This document shows, piece after piece, positions 31,223 through 39,277 of a stretch of 51,349 nucleotides of DNA; position 1 is the stretch's first letter; every line of letters begins with the position of its first letter. Source of the stretch: Candidatus Limnocylindria bacterium (GTDB lineage: Bacteria > Chloroflexota > Limnocylindria > QHBO01); contig DASSIB010000026.1 of the NCBI GenBank assembly GCA_035692365.1, positions 1 to 51,349 on the forward strand. Direction: 5' to 3'. Position numbers and translations under genes: made by a program. The notes below the pieces were generated by a model. It did not search any database, was not told the origin of the DNA, and worked only from the letters and a program-made list of their open reading frames with translations.

Positions 31223-31636
31223 TCAGATGAAGACGACCTGGCCCTCGCCGGCGGCGAGCCAGAAGGCGGTGACGCCCTCCACCCCGTCGACCAGCGGGTC
31301 GAGGTCGGCCTCGGTGATGTGCAGGAGATCCATCGAGAGGGTGCAGGCCTGGATCTCGACTCCGCCGAGCTCCTTGGCCTGGCGCATCGTCTCGTGCCAC
31401 GGGGCCTGCCCCGCCGCGCGCAGCGCGGCGGTGGCGCGGACCCCCTCCGCGCCGGCCTCTGGGGCGAGCCCGTGGTCATCGGCAATCCGGTCCGCCCGGA
31501 AGGCGTCGAGTGCCCAGTACTGAAGGAAGAGGTGCACCGGCCGCCCAATGGCGGCGGCGCCGGCGGTAAGCACCGCGGCAGCGTTCAGCTTGTCGTCGGT
31601 GCCGGAGAAGAGGACGAGGGAGAGGTTCTGGTCCAT
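31223..31636 (-). CDS. DsrE/DsrF-like family protein
   Basis: 137 aa. LSLVLFSGTDDKLNAA N-terminus and IQACTLSMDLL Cys motif, parallel to the 30395-30952 paralogue. Confidence 0.75.
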   Translation of the reverse strand: MDQNLSLVLFSGTDDKLNAAAVLTAGAAAIGRPVHLFLQYWALDAFRADRIADDHGLAPEAGAEGVRATAALRAAGQAPWHETMRQAKELGGVEIQACTLSMDLLHITEADLDPLVDGVEGVTAFWLAAGEGQVVFI

Positions 31637-31642
31637 CGGTTC

Positions 31643-31993
31643 CTACCTGTGACCGGCGGGTGCCGGGGTGGGGACGTCGACGGGCCGCGCCGAGAGCTCG
31701 GCGAGGCGGGCCAGGCGTCGTTGGAGAGCCGCCCGCATCAACCGGCAGGCGGTGATGATGTCGGGGTCGGCGAGGCGGTAGCGGATCTCGCGTCCGTCGC
31801 GCTCGGCCAGCACCACGCCGGCGGCGCGCATCAGCGCGAGATGCTGCGAGACGTTGGGCTGGGCGAGGGAGAGGCGATCGGCCAGGTGGCCGACCGTCAT
31901 CGGCTCTTCAGCCAGCAGGTGCGCCATCTCGAGGCGACGGGCATTGGCGAGCGTCTTGAGGACATCGGCCTGGAGCTCGAAGATCGGATCCAT
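31643..31993 (-). CDS. ArsR/SmtB family transcriptional regulator
   Basis: Winged-helix signature LKTLANARRLEMAHLL...VGHLADRLSLAQPNVSQHLALMRAAGVV. 116 aa with a single Cys (Cys83). Confidence 0.88.
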   Translation of the reverse strand: MDPIFELQADVLKTLANARRLEMAHLLAEEPMTVGHLADRLSLAQPNVSQHLALMRAAGVVLAERDGREIRYRLADPDIITACRLMRAALQRRLARLAELSARPVDVPTPAPAGHR

Positions 31994-32027
31994 GCGTCGA
32001 GGATGCGACGCATGCGCATCTGCGCAT
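31993..32027. promoter_or_regulatory. two adjacent inverted repeats at the ArsR gene start (candidate operator)
   Basis: TGCGTCG-N6-CGACGCA (31993-32012) is immediately followed by ATGCGCA-TC-TGCGCAT (32012-32027). Both were read directly from the sequence and lie just upstream of, and touching, the ATG. Confidence 0.45.
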
Positions 32028-32098
32028 CAGTGCCGAGCCGCCCGTCGTGCGGTGACATCCGGCCCGTCGGGGAGAGCCCAACGTACGAGAGCGCGGGA

Positions 32099-32836
32099 CT
32101 AGCGGGCTGAGCGGCTCCCGAGGACCTCGGCGGACTGCGGCGGGAGATCCGGCGCCGGCACGAACGCATGTACACGCTCACCGGCGTGCTGGGTGTCGGC
32201 CGAGCGCTCGGTCATGCCTCGAGCGTGTCGCTCCGAGACGTTCGAGGTGATGGCGGCGGTGAGGCTGCTGAAGACCGCGACGCCGATCACGATCAGCAGG
32301 CTTGCGGCGAACGGCGCGTGGAGGGCGGCCGAGAAGAGGAGCGCGCAGCTGAGGGCTGAGACGACCCACGCCGCGCCCAGCCAGGCACGCCGATGCGCAA
32401 GCGCACTCCGCCACCGGGAGCCGGCCTCGTCCCTCGCCCCGCGGACGCCCCGCGACACGCGATGGGCCCCGGTTGCGGGTGCGTGGCGAACGGCGCGACC
32501 GAACGAGGTGAGCCGCGCGAAGGCGAGGGTCAATGCGGCGATGGCGGCGCGCGTGCGCGTCACGATCACCAGCGTGCGAAGGCGCTCCGACAGCGGGATC
32601 TTCGGGGTGGGGGCCTTCGGCGGGCGGGCCTCGGGCTCACGCGGGACGGCCGGGCCGGTCAGGCCCGAGACCTTCCTGCGCTCCTCGTTGGGCTTGCCGT
32701 CCGGCGTCGAAAAGGTGATCGGCTCGGGCATCTCGTGGCGCTTGGGAACCGCGTGACAGCGATAGCAGCGCTCATCGGTCTCGCGGTTCGCGCACCAGCA
32801 CTCGCGGCAGATCCATCCGTTCTCGAAGGTCGGCAT
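32099..32836 (-). CDS. hypothetical membrane protein with N-terminal RanBP2-type zinc finger
   Basis: Residues WICRECWCANRETDERCYRC fit W-x-C-x2-C-x3-N-x6-C-x2-C exactly. A Pro/Lys/Arg-rich linker follows, then hydrophobic helices (IAALTLAFARL; AWLGAAWVVSALSCALLF; LLIVIGVAVFSSLTAAI). GC3 is high throughout. SD is weak. Confidence 0.6.
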   Translation of the reverse strand: MPTFENGWICRECWCANRETDERCYRCHAVPKRHEMPEPITFSTPDGKPNEERRKVSGLTGPAVPREPEARPPKAPTPKIPLSERLRTLVIVTRTRAAIAALTLAFARLTSFGRAVRHAPATGAHRVSRGVRGARDEAGSRWRSALAHRRAWLGAAWVVSALSCALLFSAALHAPFAASLLIVIGVAVFSSLTAAITSNVSERHARGMTERSADTQHAGERVHAFVPAPDLPPQSAEVLGSRSAR

Positions 32837-32901
32837 TGCACGAGCCTACCCATCCGGCAGGCCGTGTCGATGACGGGAAAGTACCGTCCGGCGGGGACGG
32901 G

Positions 32902-34542
32902 TCAGCCCGCGCCGGCCATCTCCCGGAGTGTGCGCCAGTTGGCCAGCCGGTCGTCCTGGGTGGCGGCGATCTCCGCCGTCGGGGTGCCGTCGCCGGCGAA
33001 GTGAGGGGCGAAGCGGCCCTCCGTGCGCGCGAAGGCGAGGAAGTCGGTGACGGTGCCGTCCGGGGCGGTGTACCAGTCCTCCTTCGGGGCCGGGTTGCCC
33101 TGCAGGCTGAGCCGCTCCGCGATCGTCGGCCCCTTGCGCGGGTCGTAGACGAAGAGCGGGAAGGCGCGCGAGGTGACCGCCAGCTTGGCCTGGGCGGTCG
33201 ACGCGTCGTCGGGGATGCCGTGTTCAGGCTGGCAGGGGGTGTAGACGACCACGACCGCCGGCCCCGGGTACTCGTTGGCGTCCATCACCGCTCGGTAGAA
33301 GTGGTTGATGTGCGCCGGCGTGGTCTGGGCCACATAGACGTCGCCATGGCCGATCAGGATGCGACCCAGCTCCTTGCGCCGCTCGGGGCGTCCGTGGAGC
33401 TCCTTGCCGAAGGCCGACAGCTTCGTGACCTGGCCGCCGAAGCTCGCGGTCGATGCCTGGCCGCCGGTGTTCGAGTAGACCTGCGTGTCGAGGACCATCA
33501 CCTTGATGTCCGCTCCCGAGGCGACCATGCGCGAGAGCGACTGGAAGCCGATGTCGTACATGGCGCCGTCGCCGCCGATCACCCAGATCTTGCGCTCGGG
33601 GTGGCCGGCCTGGTCCCAGCGCGCCCGGATCCCGAGCGCGTCGGCCGGCGCGTTCTCGAACAGCGAGTTGGTCCATGGCACGAGGAACGGGTTGTACGGA
33701 TAGGTGCTGCCGTAGACGGTGTTGCAGCCGGTGGCGGCCACGATCCCCATCGACTCCGGGCCATGCACCTGGCGCGTGGCGGCGACCATCATGCGAACGG
33801 CGGACGCCTCACCGCAGCCGGCGCAGCTTCCCGCTCCGCCCACGTAGCCGATGGCGTGCTCGCCCAGCATCAGATCGGCGAGAGCCTTCTCCGAGCGGTA
33901 TGGCGCGGGAGTGGGTGGCAGCGATCGGAAGAGCGCCATGTCGCGGGCATACCGGTCCAGCGTGGACTCACCCGACGGCTCTTCGGCGACCTTGGTCAGC
34001 ATCTGCAGCGCGTCGTAGCCCAGCGCGTGGCAGACCTCGACGCACTCGGCGCAGCCCTTGCAGTGGACCGGGTCGACGAAGATCCCGAAGCCCGCCGGCT
34101 CCAGCCCCTTCTTCGCCGGGAGGTCGGCGTACTTGGTGGTATGGGCGAAGTGGCCCCGCGCGGTCGTCTCGGCGAGCTCCGGCTGCGGCTGGGTGGCGGC
34201 GAAGCTGGTGACGAGCTCGTCGACCTGGCTTGTCGGCAGCGCCACCCCCAGGATCGCGCTGTCGGGGCAGGCGTTGACACAGGTCATGCAGCCGACGCAA
34301 CGATCGGCGATCAGCTCCGGGATCTGCGGCGCCAGGTGGCTGAAGTCGCGGACCGCAGCCGTGCCGGGCGGGATGATGCTGCGCGCGACGCCCGCATCGG
34401 CAGGGAGGCCGGCGTCGGCCGTGCCGCGGCCGTAGGCCGGCACGATGCCGCGGTTGAAGTCGTCGACATAGGCCTGGACGTCGAAGAGGGGCAGCGCCGC
34501 GGCTGCCCGTGTCTCGGCAACCTCCTTGGGCTCAACGATCAT
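32902..34542 (-). CDS. 2-oxoacid:ferredoxin oxidoreductase, ferredoxin-domain plus TPP-binding half (NifJ domains V-VI-like)
   Basis: Two 4Fe-4S motifs (CVGCMTCVNACP, CKGCAECVEVC) and the TPP motif GGDGAMYDIGFQSL. 546 aa. The ATG overlaps the CBS gene by 11 nt and has GGAG 7 nt upstream. Confidence 0.88.
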   Translation of the reverse strand: MIVEPKEVAETRAAAALPLFDVQAYVDDFNRGIVPAYGRGTADAGLPADAGVARSIIPPGTAAVRDFSHLAPQIPELIADRCVGCMTCVNACPDSAILGVALPTSQVDELVTSFAATQPQPELAETTARGHFAHTTKYADLPAKKGLEPAGFGIFVDPVHCKGCAECVEVCHALGYDALQMLTKVAEEPSGESTLDRYARDMALFRSLPPTPAPYRSEKALADLMLGEHAIGYVGGAGSCAGCGEASAVRMMVAATRQVHGPESMGIVAATGCNTVYGSTYPYNPFLVPWTNSLFENAPADALGIRARWDQAGHPERKIWVIGGDGAMYDIGFQSLSRMVASGADIKVMVLDTQVYSNTGGQASTASFGGQVTKLSAFGKELHGRPERRKELGRILIGHGDVYVAQTTPAHINHFYRAVMDANEYPGPAVVVVYTPCQPEHGIPDDASTAQAKLAVTSRAFPLFVYDPRKGPTIAERLSLQGNPAPKEDWYTAPDGTVTDFLAFARTEGRFAPHFAGDGTPTAEIAATQDDRLANWRTLREMAGAG

Positions 34543-34963
34543 CGATCTGCTCCAGCAGGTCGGCCAGCGCCCGCACGAGGTCGGTGGTCGAGATCACGCC
34601 GACCGGGTGCTCACCGTCCGGGGCGACGACCACCAGCCGATGCACGTGGTGCTGTTCCATCATCCGTGCGGCTGCGAGGAGCGATTCATCGAGCCGGATG
34701 GTGAGCGCCGGGGAGGTCATCAGGTGGCGGACCGCCAGTCGGGGCCAGTTCGCGACCGGCTGCCCGGAGGCGAGTGCCCGCACGATGTCGGTCTGGCTCA
34801 GCACCCCCTGCAGGCGGCCGACCCGATCGACCACCGGCAGGCCGGTGATGCCGCGGCTGCTCATCAGCTGCTCGGCGGTGGCGACCGAGTCATCGACCGC
34901 GATCGTGACCGGCTCGATGCTCATCAGCTCGCCCACGGTGGGGCCGGTGGTGCGTGTGGTCAC
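34532..34963 (-). CDS. CBS domain pair protein
   Basis: 143 aa from the GTG at 34961-34963, with GAGGAGG 7 nt upstream and a GTGA overlap with the upstream stop. Two CBS repeats (ELMSIEPVTI...GLPVVD..GVLSQTDIVRAL; HLMTSPALTI...HRLVVV...GVISTTDLVRAL). Confidence 0.85.
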   Translation of the reverse strand: MTTRTTGPTVGELMSIEPVTIAVDDSVATAEQLMSSRGITGLPVVDRVGRLQGVLSQTDIVRALASGQPVANWPRLAVRHLMTSPALTIRLDESLLAAARMMEQHHVHRLVVVAPDGEHPVGVISTTDLVRALADLLEQIDDR

Positions 34964-36948
34964 GGGAGCGCCTCCTCGAGGATCGGTGTTGGGATCACCG
35001 TCAGCGACCGGACCGGCTGATGGACCGATCCCAGGGCCGCGGTGACGTCGATGACGCCGTCGTACGCATCGGCGATGACGGCCAGGTTGGCGTCCACGAC
35101 CTTCGTCCCGCGCTTCCCGAAGGAGCGCAGCAGGCCGGGTCGGATGCCGGCCAGGAGCGCCTCGCGGTCGAGGCCAGCCTGCGCGGCGAAGGGCGTGAGC
35201 CGCAGGAAGACGCCCACAAGCGCCACGCCCTGCATCCGCACCTCGAGGTCGGGGCGCGGCGAACGGGCGCGGGCCAGCTTGGCGGTGTCGAGCGCGGCGA
35301 GGCGGATGGACCTGGCGACGATCTCGACGCGAGCCGGGGCCGGCAGCGAGGCCCAGATCTCCTCCGGGTCGGTGAGCGCGGTCTGCAGGAACAGGGTGCC
35401 GCCGTCCACGAGGCCGTGCAGCGGCGCCCCGTAGCGGAATACGGCGCTGTCCTGGACCGGGACGAAGTCGACCTCCTGCAGCTCGGCATGCTGGCGGATC
35501 GGCTCGTCGGCGATGGTCAGGAAGTAGGTAGTCGGCAGGCCCTTCTTCTCGGATCCGTAGCGGGGATAGGCCTGCACGTAGCGCCCGAAGAGGTCGGCCA
35601 CCACCGTCGCGATGAGGCGGTTCGAGCTCACCGAGCCGAAGCCGCCGACCGAGTGCCCGCGCAGGCTGTAGGCCCCCTTCGGACGCAGCTGGAGCGGCAC
35701 CGGCACCAGCGCGTCGGGATGTGATACGCCGAGCACGACCCGGCGACGCTGGCGCACCGCGTCGGCATCCGCCAGCCACTCGAACACCGCCGCCAGGTCC
35801 CCGGCAGCGACGTCACGCGAGCCGAGCCCGGCCGAGGCGGAGACAACGCGCGGCAGCGGCGCGCCGTCCACCGCGCGGTCGGCCAGCGCGGCCTTCAGCT
35901 CGCGAGCCAGCGGGTTGTCGACCGCGGCCGGCTCGTCGGTGCGCTCGACCACGCCGACGGCGAGGGCGTTTCGCACCGCCTTCGTCAGCTCTTCGGCGGG
36001 GAACGGGCGGAAGACGGTGACGGCGGCGCAGCCGACGCGCCGCCCCTGCCGGCGAAGGTGGTCGACCACGGTGATCGCCGTCTCGGCGATCGTGCCCATC
36101 GCAACGAGCACCTCTTCTGCGTCATCGCAGCGGTATGCCTGCACCGGCGCGTATTGGCGTCCGGTCATCTCGCCCCACTCGGCGAACGCGTTGGTGAGAG
36201 CCGCAGCCTGACGCTCGACGAAGGCGCGCTGCGCGATACGTCCCTTCATGTAGCTGTCCTGGTTGGCGACGACGCCCGTCATCAGCGCCTCGGCCGGGTC
36301 GAAGAGGTCCAGCAGCCGCCTCCTGGGGTCACCGACGAAGGCCCGGAGCAGCTCGTCCTCCGGCAGCAGCGCATTCTCGAGGGTGTGGGTCGTGAGGAAG
36401 CCGTCCTGGCAGACGAGGATCGGCGTCTCGCTCTCCTCGGCGGCGCGACGGGCGATCGCCGCCAGGTCGGCGGCCTCCTGCGCGTTGCGGGCGAAGACGA
36501 TCCCCCAGCCGCAGTCGGCGACCCCCATCACGTCGTCGTGGCCGGCGTGGATGTTCAGCGCCTGGCTGGTCAGCGCGCGCGCCCCGACGTGGAAGACGGC
36601 CGGCAGGCGCTTGCCGCTGATGGCGTAGAGGACCTCCTTCATCAGGATCAGGCCCTGGCCGGAGGTGAAGTTGGTGACGCGCCCGCCGGCCAGCGCGAAG
36701 CCCTCCGCCGCCGAGGCGGATGAGTGCTCCGATTCCGGCTCGAGGAAGCGCAGCGGCGTCCCCCACAGGTTGGTGCGGCCATCGGCCACCCCGGCCTGGA
36801 AGAGCGCGGCCATGGTCGTCGAGGGCGTGATCGGGTAGGCGCAGCAGCCCTCGCTGATGCGCGTCTCGACGTGCGCGACGGCCTCCGACCCATCGACGAT
36901 GGCGGGGATCCCGGGGAAGCGGGGCGCGGCAATGGCTCGGTTCATCAC
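34960..36948 (-). CDS. 2-oxoacid:ferredoxin oxidoreductase, N-terminal half (NifJ domains I-III-like, alpha-gamma fusion)
   Basis: AIVDGSEAVAHVETRISEGCCAYPITPSTTM matches the PFOR N-terminus. 662 aa with a gamma-like C-terminal part. Start is GTG 36948 or ATG 36945. Confidence 0.9.
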   Translation of the reverse strand: MMNRAIAAPRFPGIPAIVDGSEAVAHVETRISEGCCAYPITPSTTMAALFQAGVADGRTNLWGTPLRFLEPESEHSSASAAEGFALAGGRVTNFTSGQGLILMKEVLYAISGKRLPAVFHVGARALTSQALNIHAGHDDVMGVADCGWGIVFARNAQEAADLAAIARRAAEESETPILVCQDGFLTTHTLENALLPEDELLRAFVGDPRRRLLDLFDPAEALMTGVVANQDSYMKGRIAQRAFVERQAAALTNAFAEWGEMTGRQYAPVQAYRCDDAEEVLVAMGTIAETAITVVDHLRRQGRRVGCAAVTVFRPFPAEELTKAVRNALAVGVVERTDEPAAVDNPLARELKAALADRAVDGAPLPRVVSASAGLGSRDVAAGDLAAVFEWLADADAVRQRRRVVLGVSHPDALVPVPLQLRPKGAYSLRGHSVGGFGSVSSNRLIATVVADLFGRYVQAYPRYGSEKKGLPTTYFLTIADEPIRQHAELQEVDFVPVQDSAVFRYGAPLHGLVDGGTLFLQTALTDPEEIWASLPAPARVEIVARSIRLAALDTAKLARARSPRPDLEVRMQGVALVGVFLRLTPFAAQAGLDREALLAGIRPGLLRSFGKRGTKVVDANLAVIADAYDGVIDVTAALGSVHQPVRSLTVIPTPILEEALP

Positions 36949-37116
36949 GGCTATCGTCGGCCCGCTGCGAGCAGGGCAGGAGTGCCGCGCGGACCGACAA
37001 GGTGTGACCTCCGGCCCCTATCGTCCGGGACCTGCGCCCGCGTGTAACGTCGGCCGTAGAGGTGGGTAAGGGCGATTCGCCCGTCACGCCGATCCGCCCC
37101 GCAGGAGAACGAACGG

Positions 37117-37662
37117 ATGCGCCTTGCCTCAGCCCTGGCCGCCGGCGCGCTGCTGCTCGTTGCCTGCACCCCGCAGACGGGCGCCGGGAGCCAGGCGCCC
37201 GGGAGCCTAGTACCGAGCAGCGACGGCATCGAGATCACCGTTGCGCACACCAGCGCCGGCGACGCGCTCGCCGGGCCGAACGGCATGACCCTCTACATCT
37301 TCACCTCCGACACCAATGGGAACAGCACCTGCAATGACGGCTGTGCGGCGGCCTGGCCGCCGCTCCTGGGTGACGGCTCGGCCGTGATCGCCGGCGATGG
37401 CGTCTCGGGCCCCTTCGGCACGACCATGCGGGACGACGGCAGCAGGCAGGTCACCCACAACGGTCAGCCGCTCTACTACTACGCCAGCGACCAGGAGGCT
37501 GGCGACGCCACCGGCGACAAGGTCGGCGGAGTCTGGTTCATCGCACCGGTGGGAGCCGCATCGGCCACTCCCGAGGCGAGCAGCAGCGAGCACGAGTCGG
37601 AGAGCGAGCACGAGGCAGAGACCCCGGAGCCATCGGCGACGCCGTATCGCATCAACTACTGA
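37117..37662 (+). CDS. secreted lipoprotein with two Lipoprotein_15-type repeats
   Basis: Lipobox LLLVAC. Repeat motifs GMTLYIFTSD...CNDGCAAAWPPL and GQPLYYYASD. C-terminal SSSEHESESEHEAE tail. AGGAGA SD upstream. Confidence 0.8.
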   Translation: MRLASALAAGALLLVACTPQTGAGSQAPGSLVPSSDGIEITVAHTSAGDALAGPNGMTLYIFTSDTNGNSTCNDGCAAAWPPLLGDGSAVIAGDGVSGPFGTTMRDDGSRQVTHNGQPLYYYASDQEAGDATGDKVGGVWFIAPVGAASATPEASSSEHESESEHEAETPEPSATPYRINY

Positions 37663-37693
37663 TCGGTCGCCTCGGGCGTAGACTCGCCCACGT

Positions 37694-37921
37694 ATGAAGC
37701 GCAGGCGTGAACAGGAACGCGACGATGCCATTGCCCGTGAGCAGGCGGACGCGCGGCGCGAGGCCCTCCTCGCCGAGCTGAAGGCGCGTGAGACAGCGGT
37801 TCGCGAGCCGGAGCCGCCCGCCGAAGTGGCCCCCGAGCCAGCGGACGAGCAAGCGGACGAGCCAGCCGTCGAGCCCGATGGGGAGCTGACCCCCGAAAAA
37901 GGAGACGAGCCCCGGGCCTAG
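37694..37921 (+). CDS. hypothetical small acidic protein (weak call)
   Basis: 75-aa ORF, highly charged and low in complexity. No SD. GC3 is reasonably high. Its stop shares a CTAG with the convergent gene. Confidence 0.3.
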   Translation: MKRRREQERDDAIAREQADARREALLAELKARETAVREPEPPAEVAPEPADEQADEPAVEPDGELTPEKGDEPRA

Positions 37922-38829
37922 CCGACCACGAGTGCGTCGTAGATCACCAGCGCGTCGTGCAGCAGCATCCCGTCGAGCGTGTCGGCTCCCGATCCTGGGG
38001 GTCCGAGCGAGTCGGTGTAGAGCGGCTCGTCGACGACCCGCGCTCCTGTCTCACTCGCGATCGCCTGCGCCAGCCTTGGATTCACCGCCGACTCGCTGAA
38101 GATCGCGATCACGCCCTCGCGCCGGATCGTGTCTGCCAGCGCGGCCAGCTGGGCGGGGTTCGGCTCGGCCGAGACGTCGAGGCTGGGAAAGACCGAGCCG
38201 ACGAGGCGCAGGCCGTACTCGGCGATGAAGTAGCCGAACGCGTCATGGTTGGTGACGATCCCCCGTCGCTCCGCCGGAAGCTCGGCCATCAGGCGCCGGA
38301 TGTCGACATCGGCCCCTTCCAACCGAGCCAGGTACGCCGCAGCGCGCTCTGCGAAGGCGCCGCCAAGCTCCGGGCGGGCGGCGGTCAGGGACGCCTGCAC
38401 GTTCTCGATCATGTGGCTGGCGTTCGAGGCCGTCAGCCAGTAATGCGGATCGACCTCGTCGGCCTCGCCCGGATCGTCCGCCGACCGCAGCTCGATCCCC
38501 TCGCTCATGTCGCGGAGCCGATCTTCCCCGCCGATCGTGGCCAGCGCTCCCTCCAGCCAGGTCTCGAGCCCTGCGCCGCTCTTGAGGATGAGGTCGCTGC
38601 GCTCGATCGCGGCCGCAACGGTGGTCGTGATCTCGAAGTCATGTGCATCGGCCCCGGGCTTCAGCAGGACGGTGAGCGCGATGTCGTCGCCGCCGACCAC
38701 GCGTGCCGCCTCGCCGACCTGGGTCGTGGTCGCGACCACGCGGAGCCGCCCGTCGCTCGGTGACGGGGTCCCTTCGGCACAGCCGGCCAGGAGGACGAGG
38801 ATCGCCGCGACGAGGAGGAGCCGTCTCAT
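37918..38829 (-). CDS. metal ABC transporter substrate-binding lipoprotein (ZnuA/MntC/TroA cluster A-I)
   Basis: Lipobox LLAGC with DAHDFE and DPHYWL metal-ligand motifs. The flexible loop is acidic rather than His-rich. Confidence 0.88.
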   Translation of the reverse strand: MRRLLLVAAILVLLAGCAEGTPSPSDGRLRVVATTTQVGEAARVVGGDDIALTVLLKPGADAHDFEITTTVAAAIERSDLILKSGAGLETWLEGALATIGGEDRLRDMSEGIELRSADDPGEADEVDPHYWLTASNASHMIENVQASLTAARPELGGAFAERAAAYLARLEGADVDIRRLMAELPAERRGIVTNHDAFGYFIAEYGLRLVGSVFPSLDVSAEPNPAQLAALADTIRREGVIAIFSESAVNPRLAQAIASETGARVVDEPLYTDSLGPPGSGADTLDGMLLHDALVIYDALVVG

Positions 38830-38833
38830 CGGC

Positions 38834-39277
38834 TCAGGCGGTGGCCGCGTCCTCGGCGCGGCAGGTGGCGCAGCGGCCGTAGAAGTCCAGCCTCGCGTCG
38901 TCGATCTCGAAGCCCATCTCCTCTGCCAGGCGCTCCGCGATGGGCGTCACGTACGCCTCGTCGATCTCCTCCACCCGCCCGCAGCGCGTGCAGGCGATGT
39001 GGTGGTGGTGGGCCGGCAGGCAGGCGACGTAGGCGTACACGTGGCCGTCAAGCTCCAGGCGCCGCGCGACCCCGGCCTCCACCAGCGTCTCGAGCGTGCG
39101 GAAGACGGTGGCGCGCCCGATCGCCGGGTCCCGTCGGCGGAGGCTCCGATACAGCTGTTCGGCGGTCAGGCGGCGCCCGCTGGCGGCCAGCGCGTCGGCG
39201 ACCAGCAGTCGCTGGCGAGTCACGCGCTCACCGGCAGCGGTGAGCCGGTCGGCGGCCGCAAGGCTGATTCGATCCAT
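38834..39277 (-). CDS. Fur family transcriptional repressor (Zur-like)
   Basis: Winged helix RVTRQRLLV...RATVFRTLETL, HHHHIACTRCG, and C-terminal CATC. Confidence 0.88.
   Translation of the reverse strand: MDRISLAAADRLTAAGERVTRQRLLVADALAASGRRLTAEQLYRSLRRRDPAIGRATVFRTLETLVEAGVARRLELDGHVYAYVACLPAHHHHIACTRCGRVEEIDEAYVTPIAERLAEEMGFEIDDARLDFYGRCATCRAEDAATA

Noticed and set aside
32884-32900. Hairpin CCGTCC / GGACGG directly after the PFOR second-half stop codon.
   Set aside because: The stem is only 6 bp and the T-rich tail is poor. It may be a weak terminator separating PFOR from the zinc-finger gene, but the sequence alone does not support a call.
26440-36948. Treating the whole co-directional 10.5-kb minus-strand array (split PFOR, zinc-finger protein, ArsR sulfur operon, ATPase) as one system.
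   Set aside because: The array has gaps of 65 nt (with a weak hairpin) and 105 nt (with operator-like dyads before ArsR). These argue for three transcription units. I know of no established functional link, so I kept them as separate findings.
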